From an uncultured Candidatus Rokubacteria bacterium (GTDB taxonomy: Bacteria > Methylomirabilota > Methylomirabilia > Rokubacteriales > CSP1-6): a stretch of DNA of 64,000 nucleotides. The stretch lies in contig CAVWWD010000004.1 in the NCBI GenBank assembly GCA_963758635.1, positions 160,001 to 224,000 on the forward strand, in the 5' to 3' direction. Each line of letters starts with the position of its first letter. Position 1 is the stretch's first letter. The notes below the pieces were generated by a model. The model made no database searches and was not told where the DNA came from. It saw only the letters and a list, made by a program, of their open reading frames with translations. Shown piece after piece: positions 58,355-64,000 of this stretch. The position numbers and the translations under genes are program-made.

Positions 58355-59210
58355 ATGGGATCAAACACCAAGGCGTGGCACCGGGCATTCTGGATCGCAG
58401 GCACAGCCGCCCTCTTGCTGGCCGCTGGCCTCGCGTACGCGCAACAGCCCGCACCCGGCAAGCGGGCGCCGGCCGCAGCCGCAGTGACCGAGTCGCAGGC
58501 GCAGGCACGGGCCATTCTGATGCGCATGGCGGACTTCCTCGGAGGAGCACAGCGCTTCAGCGTTCAGCGTGCGCGGGGGCTACGACGCGGTACAGCAGTC
58601 CGGGCAGAAGATCGAGTTCTGCGAGATGCGCAAGGTCACGCTGAGTCGGCCTGACCGACTGCGCATGGAAGGCGAGCGCAGCGACGGGGCGAAGACGCTG
58701 ACCGTGTTCACCGGCAAGGAGATCGTGCTGATCGACGAGACGAGCAACGTCTATGCGACGACGCCACAGCCTGGCGGCTTGGACGACACGATCGTCTATT
58801 TCGTCAGGGATCTCGGGATGCGGCTGCCGCTCGCCGCGCTCCTTCGTGAGCCAGCTGCCTGCCGAGCTGAACGACCGCGTGCGGTCGATCGACTACGTCG
58901 AGAGGACGAGCATCCACGGGGCCCCCGCCCATCATCTCGCCGCGCGCACCGACATGGTGGATTTCCAGGTCTGGGTGGCCGACGGCGACACGCCGCTGCC
59001 GCTGCGTGTCGTGATCACCTACAGGCAGGCCAAGGGTGAGCCGCAGTTCTGGGCGCAGTTCTCCGACTGGAATCTCGCGCCCGCGGTCGAGGATTCGATG
59101 TTTCTGGCGAAGCCGCCGGACGGGGCGCAGAAGGTCGCGTTCGCGGCGCAGCTTCCGCGCGTATCGGCGGCGGCGGCAAGCCATCCGGGGATAAAGGAGC
59201 CAAGTGATGA
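58355..59210 (+). CDS. DUF2092 family periplasmic protein (frameshifts; end approximate)
   Basis: GQKIEF, RPDRLR, VDFQVW, PLPLRVVITY and FSDWN across three frames. Confidence 0.7.
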
Positions 59211-60096
59211 AGATCACGTCATGGCGTCGTGTCGGGACGGGACTCGTGGCGGGCGTGTTCATGCTGGGCCTCGTTAGCGAGGTGGATGCGCAGCGAGGGG
59301 GAGGGGGCGTGGCGGAGGCGGGGCGGAAAAGGAGGCGGTGGTGGTTCCGCGCAGGGCGGGGCGGGGGGCGGCTTCTCCCGTGGCGGCAGCGCTTCGGGCG
59401 GGGGATTTTCCTCCGGGTGGCGGGCAGCGCGGAGGCGGCGGCGGCAGCGCGGGGCGGCGCAGCGGGCAGCGCGGGGGCGGGGCAGCCGCGCAGGGCGGTG
59501 GCGGCCAGCGCGGGCGGTGGCGGGACAGCAGCAGGCGGCGGCGAGCGGCCGGCAAGGTCAGGCCAGCGCGGCGCAGTCGTCTGCGCAGCAAAGCCGGCAA
59601 AGCGCGCAGTCTTCCGGGCAAGCGGGCCGGCAGGAGTCCCAGGCCCAGCGCCAGGAGACATCGAGCGCAGAATCAGGCCCAGCGCCAGGATACGTCCAGC
59701 CAGAACCAGGCTCCCGGCAATCCACGGCGACGAGCATGCAGAGCACCCGACTCGTCGACCGTGACCAACGTCCAGAGCAACTATTCCGGGCGGTTGCTAC
59801 AACTGCTCGAACTGGGACAGCGGCGACGCGGCTGCCGGCTTCATGGCTGGGGCGATCGTCGGCGGTAGCGATGGTCGCCGCCGCGAGCCAGCCAACCACG
59901 ACGACGGTCGTCGCCGCGGCGCCCGCGCTCCGGCGGCCGCGGCGCCACCCGCACCGGTCGCCCCGCCGTGCAACGTCGCGCCGATTCCCGGTGAGCGGCG
60001 TGCCGTACTACAAGTGCGGCGCGACCTGGTACACGGCGGGCTATGCGAGTAGCGGGCGTGGTCTACATGCCAGTGCCACCGCCGCCCGGATATTAG
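59204..60096 (+). CDS. Secreted Gly/Gln/Ser-rich low-complexity protein (many frameshifts)
   Basis: Signal peptide, Gly-rich and Q/S-rich tracts, C-terminal PPC...YYKCGATWY...YMPVPPPPGY. Confidence 0.55.
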
Positions 60097-61576
60097 ATGA
60101 AAAAGATCCTCGCGCTCGGTGTCGCGGCTGATCCTCGTCGTCGGCATCGCCTATGTCGCCTGGGGCAAGGTGCAGGAGGTTCTGGTGGCCCGGGCCGTTG
60201 ATGCACAAGCTGACGGAAGCGGGCCTGACGCCGGAGGCGCTCAAGAAGCTGGGGGCGGCCGGCTACCAGGCCGATCCAGCAGATCCTGGCGAAGATCGCC
60301 ACCGGCGGGCAGCCCCTGGGACGCTGGAAGGAAGGCCTGATGTTCGAGGGCATCGCGCCCATGCCGTGGCTCAAGAGCGCCGCCAACTGGTTCCCCGGCA
60401 CGGAGGAGGTCCAGCCCGACGAGATCCGCGTCACGTTCATGGGGAGCTCTCCGCTGCCCCGCCCTGGTCAGATGGGCACCTCCGTCTATGTCGAGCTGGG
60501 CAATGGCGACCGGTTCATCTTCGACATGGGGCCGGGCTCCATCGCCAACTACCTGGCCGCGCGGATTCCTCTGAACCAGATCAACGACATCTTCATCACC
60601 CACCTGCACTGGGACCACTTCGCCTCCGTGCCCTATGTCTACGTGTTCGGCGCGTGGGGCGGCCGCTGGCACGAGCCCCTCCGCCTCACCGGCCCGTCCG
60701 GGCGCACCGCGAAGCACGGGATCAAGCACATGGTCGAGCACATGAAGGAGATGCTGCACTGGCACCGGGAGAACTTCGGGACCTCTCCCATCGGAAAGGG
60801 CTTCGATATCGAGCTGAAGGAGTTCGACTTCAAGGACGACGGCGGCGTCGTCTATGAGAAGAACGGCGTCAAGATCTCGCACTGGCGGCAGTCCCACGTC
60901 ACCGACGGCGCCTCGGCCTACCGCCTGGACTGGAATGGGATGTGCGTCGCCTACACGGGCGACGGCCGGCCCAACTCGCTCACGGCCAAGTACGCCAAGG
61001 GCTGCGACCTCTTGATCACCGAGATCCAGCCCGAGGTGGTGGCCGTCACCGCGCAGGTGATGGGTGCGATGCCGTTCATCGCGCGGAACACGATCGACAT
61101 GGCTCACAACCCGGCGTACGCGGCGGGTCACCTCTACAACCAGGTGAAGCCGCGCCTGGCCATGGCCACCCACGTGTCCTACGACGAGTACGTGCTGCCG
61201 GAGCTCGTCGCCGAGGTGCGCACTCATTGGAACGGCCCGTTCGCGTTCGGCGCGCCGGACATGGTGGTGGTGAACATGACCAAGGACCGCATCTGGGTGC
61301 GCGACGGCGTGGTGTCGAAGTATCCCAACATGGCGTCGCCGCGGTTCGACATGGCCCCCCACGGCGGGCTGGTCATCCCCGCGCCGCAACAATCGACGCC
61401 AGGACGTCCAGGAGCAGTCCATCCGCGACGCGGAGATCCCTCCCGACCGGTACTACCCGAAGGGCTATCAGCCCGACACGTTGCCGTTCTGGCCGTCGGA
61501 CAAGCCGATCTTCCTCCCGGAGAACATGGTGCCCGACCAGATGAAGAAGAAGCCAAAGCAGCCGCAGTCGAACTAG
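60097..61576 (+). CDS. MBL-fold hydrolase, RNase Z / GntH-like (frameshifts at both ends)
   Basis: VTFMGS, FDMGPGS, THLHWDH, YTGDG and LAMATH motifs. Confidence 0.75.
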
Positions 61577-61611
61577 GCATGCAGATCACGACGGAAAGGG
61601 ACGGGGGAGCG

Positions 61612-63560
61612 ATGACACGAATGGCGCGGATCGTCGTCTGCGGGATGTTCGCGATGTCCGGGGTGGGTGCGGCGCACGGCCAGGAGCAGCGGAGATCGCT
61701 CGGGAGCCCCCGTACGGGGCAGGCGAGCGGCCGCTGGGTCGGCCTGCTCTGCGCCGTGTGCCTGATCCTGAGTGCGTGCGCCGCCGGCCCGGTGGGGGCG
61801 GTTCGTGTCGATCGCCAGGTCGCCTACGAGGACGTTGCTCGGAGCGCCATCACCACCCATGACCCGAGCTGGCCAAGCCGCAATATCCTGCTGGAACGGG
61901 GTCTCCTCACCACCTCGGGCGAGGGCACCGAGACGGCGCTGGCCGCGCTGCACCGGGAGATGGTCGCGACGGGCGGCAATGACGACCTGCTGTTTGCGCT
62001 CGCGGAGCTGTCGTACCTGCACGGGCGGACGACCGGGAAACGCGCCTACCACCTGGCGGCCGCCGTCTACGCCTATGCCTTCCTCTTCCCGGAAGGGGCG
62101 GAGGCCCCCCCGGTCGTTTCGATCCGCGCGTCCGACTCGCGGCCAACCTGTACAACTGGGCGCTGACCTCGGGGTTCGCGTCGGAGGACGGAGCGGAAGT
62201 CGTCCCCCGTGGCGGCCCGCTCGCGCTCCCGTTCGGGGGACTCGAGGTGGCCTTCGATCCCGCCGCGCTCAGAACCGGAGACCGCGAGCTGCACCGGTTC
62301 ATCCCGGTCGCGGAGCTCGACGTGTACGGGCTCGAGATGCGGTATCGCTGGTCGGGGCTCGGTGCGCCGCTGGCCGCCTCCACCCGGCCCATCGACGGCT
62401 CGAAGCCCGGCCGGGACATGGTGGCGCCGCGCCTGCAGGTTGCGGTGACCGCCCTCCTCCGGATCCCTGATGCCCGGCGCGCCCTCGTGCAGGGCCGTCC
62501 GCTCACGGGCACGCTGGAGCTCCACCCGGCCTGGGACGCGGAGTCGGTCTCGATTGCCGGCGAGCAGGTTCCCCTCGAGAACGAGCCGTCGGCGGCCCTG
62601 GCTCTCACGTTCACCGGCGTGCCGGTCTTCCAGCTCGAGACGCTCGGCCTGTTGGGCCGGCTCAGCGGGCTGATGCGAGACCGGCCCCCGCTCGTCTCCG
62701 CCACCCCCTACCGTCCCGGGCTCATCCCGGCCGTCTTCGTGCACGGCACGGGGTCGAGCCTGGTCCGGTGGGCGAAGATGTACAACCGGCTGGTCGGCGA
62801 CCCCGAGATACGCAGGCGCTTCCAGTTCTGGTTCTTTCAGTACGATTCCGGCAACCCGATCGCGCTGTCATCGCTCCGCCTGCGCGAGGCGTTGACCGCG
62901 GCGGTGGAGCGGCTCGATCCCGAGGGGCGCGATCCGGCCCTGCGCCAGATGGTCCTGATGGGTCACAGTCAGGGCGGTCTCTTGACCAAGATGCAGGTCG
63001 TCAGCACCGGAGATCAGCTCTGGAACGCGGTGGCGAGAAAGCCGCTGGACGAGCTGGAGCTGTCCGACGAGACCCGCAACCTGTTCCGCCGCGGGCTCTT
63101 CCTCGAGCCGGTGCCGATGGTCACGCGGGCCATATTCATCTGCACGCCGCACCGGGGCAGCTTCGTGGCCGGGCGGCGCGTGCTCGCCAATGTCACCCGG
63201 CAGCTCTTGAGCCTGCCTTTCACCCTCACCGGGGTGGCGGCCGACATCAACCGGAACCCGGGCGCCGCGAAAGTCGGGTTCGTGCCGACGGCGGTCGACA
63301 ACATGTCGCCGGGACATCCCTTCCTCATGGGGCTGCAGGAGATCCCGGTCGTCCCGTCCGTCAAGGTCAACTCCATCATCGCGGTCGAAGGGGACGGCAA
63401 GGCCGAGGACGGAGACGACGGCGTGGTCAAGTACTCCGCCGCCCACATCGCGCCCGTCGAGTCCGAGCTGGTCGTGCGGTCGGGCCATTCCGTCCAGGGC
63501 AATCCCCACGCGATCGAGGAGGTGCGGCGCATACTGCGTCTGCACGCGGGCCTGAAGTGA
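61612..63560 (+). CDS. Alpha/beta hydrolase lipoprotein (frameshift near 62110; start approximate)
   Basis: LSAC lipobox, FVHGTGSS, GHSQGG nucleophile elbow, TPHRGS, DGVV and GHS. Confidence 0.8.
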
Positions 63561-63783
63561 CGCCGGAACTGGCCCGCGGGACAGCGCGGCTCGAAGCGGG
63601 GGCGCCTGGATCAGACCCTGCCGTTCGAGGAGCTTGCGCGACGCAGCCTGATCAACGCGGCGGCGCAGGATGCGGACAAGGCACCCGACTTCTCCCGGCG
63701 CATCCGGGCGGGGCTCCCGTGAATCCGACCAGTGTCGACTCAACGTGCTCTCCGCGAAGCAACTTCCACGACAGGAGGTCGAC

Positions 63784-64000
63784 ATGACAGGATCCAACGG
63801 CACGACCTCGGGGAGAGGTCGAGCGATCCGCGAGCTGCTGACGCGTGCGACCATGGTCGGGCTGCTCGTCCTGACCGCGTCGACGCCGGCCCGCGCCCAG
63901 CCCGTCGCAGTCCCCGACACCTGGGGCGGTGACTTCTGGTCCCGGCCGCGGCTCACTGGCAGCTGGGGCGGGTTCCGCGACGAGCTGGGCAAGAAGGGCG
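63784..64000 (+). CDS. Carbohydrate porin (OprB-like), N-terminus (runs off the window edge)
   Basis: Signal peptide then TWGGDFWSRPRLTGSWGGFRDELGKKG; AGGAGG RBS. Confidence 0.7.
   Translation, partial: MTGSNGTTSGRGRAIRELLTRATMVGLLVLTASTPARAQPVAVPDTWGGDFWSRPRLTGSWGGFRDELGKKG

Noticed and set aside
59280..59740. GGC/CAG-rich tract as a non-coding repeat array
   Set aside because: Explained by a low-complexity Gly/Gln/Ser coding region with sequencing indels.
60340..62166. Apparent 608-aa MBL-lipoprotein fusion
   Set aside because: A frameshift near 61390 bypasses the MBL stop at 61576; these are two separate genes.
3529..63560. Numerous frameshifted genes as pseudogenes or programmed frameshifts
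   Set aside because: The breaks are scattered single indels in GC-rich or homopolymer contexts with both halves intact, which is most consistent with long-read sequencing error. Raw reads would be needed to confirm.
1..64000. tRNA, rRNA, tmRNA, CRISPR array, prophage or integron integrase
   Set aside because: None recognised by eye; a covariance-model scan would be needed to exclude small RNAs.

Overview
A very GC-rich bacterial chromosomal segment. The gene content and repeat style suggest a Candidatus Rokubacteria/Methylomirabilota-like soil organism (inference). Many single-base frameshifts look like long-read assembly errors. Most of the window is catabolic, transport and regulatory: a Rieske dioxygenase, amidohydrolases, TauD, LigAB, cobalt nitrile hydratase, lhgO, GGT, peptide ABC transporters and two-component systems. 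Highlights: (1) a candidate sigma54-driven peptide autoinducer (quorum-sensing-like) circuit at 32366-38853, made of an NtrC-type activator, palindromic enhancers with a -24/-12 promoter, a 45-aa secreted peptide, an orphan OppA-like binding protein, a HAMP-PAS kinase and a degenerate kinase-receiver; (2) an operon with two UGA-recoded selenoproteins (UGSC and USTC), each followed by a SECIS-like hairpin; (3) a lower-GC two-gene TIR / DUF4062-ParA-TIR-pYEATS conflict or defence module next to an smpB scar; (4) a nitrile hydratase accessory protein fused to a Cys-rich thioredoxin-like ferredoxin domain; (5) degenerate integron attC sites around an ABC binding-protein gene and hicAB; (6) a general-stress gene cluster with several sigma54 promoters. 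No rRNA, tRNA or CRISPR array was seen.
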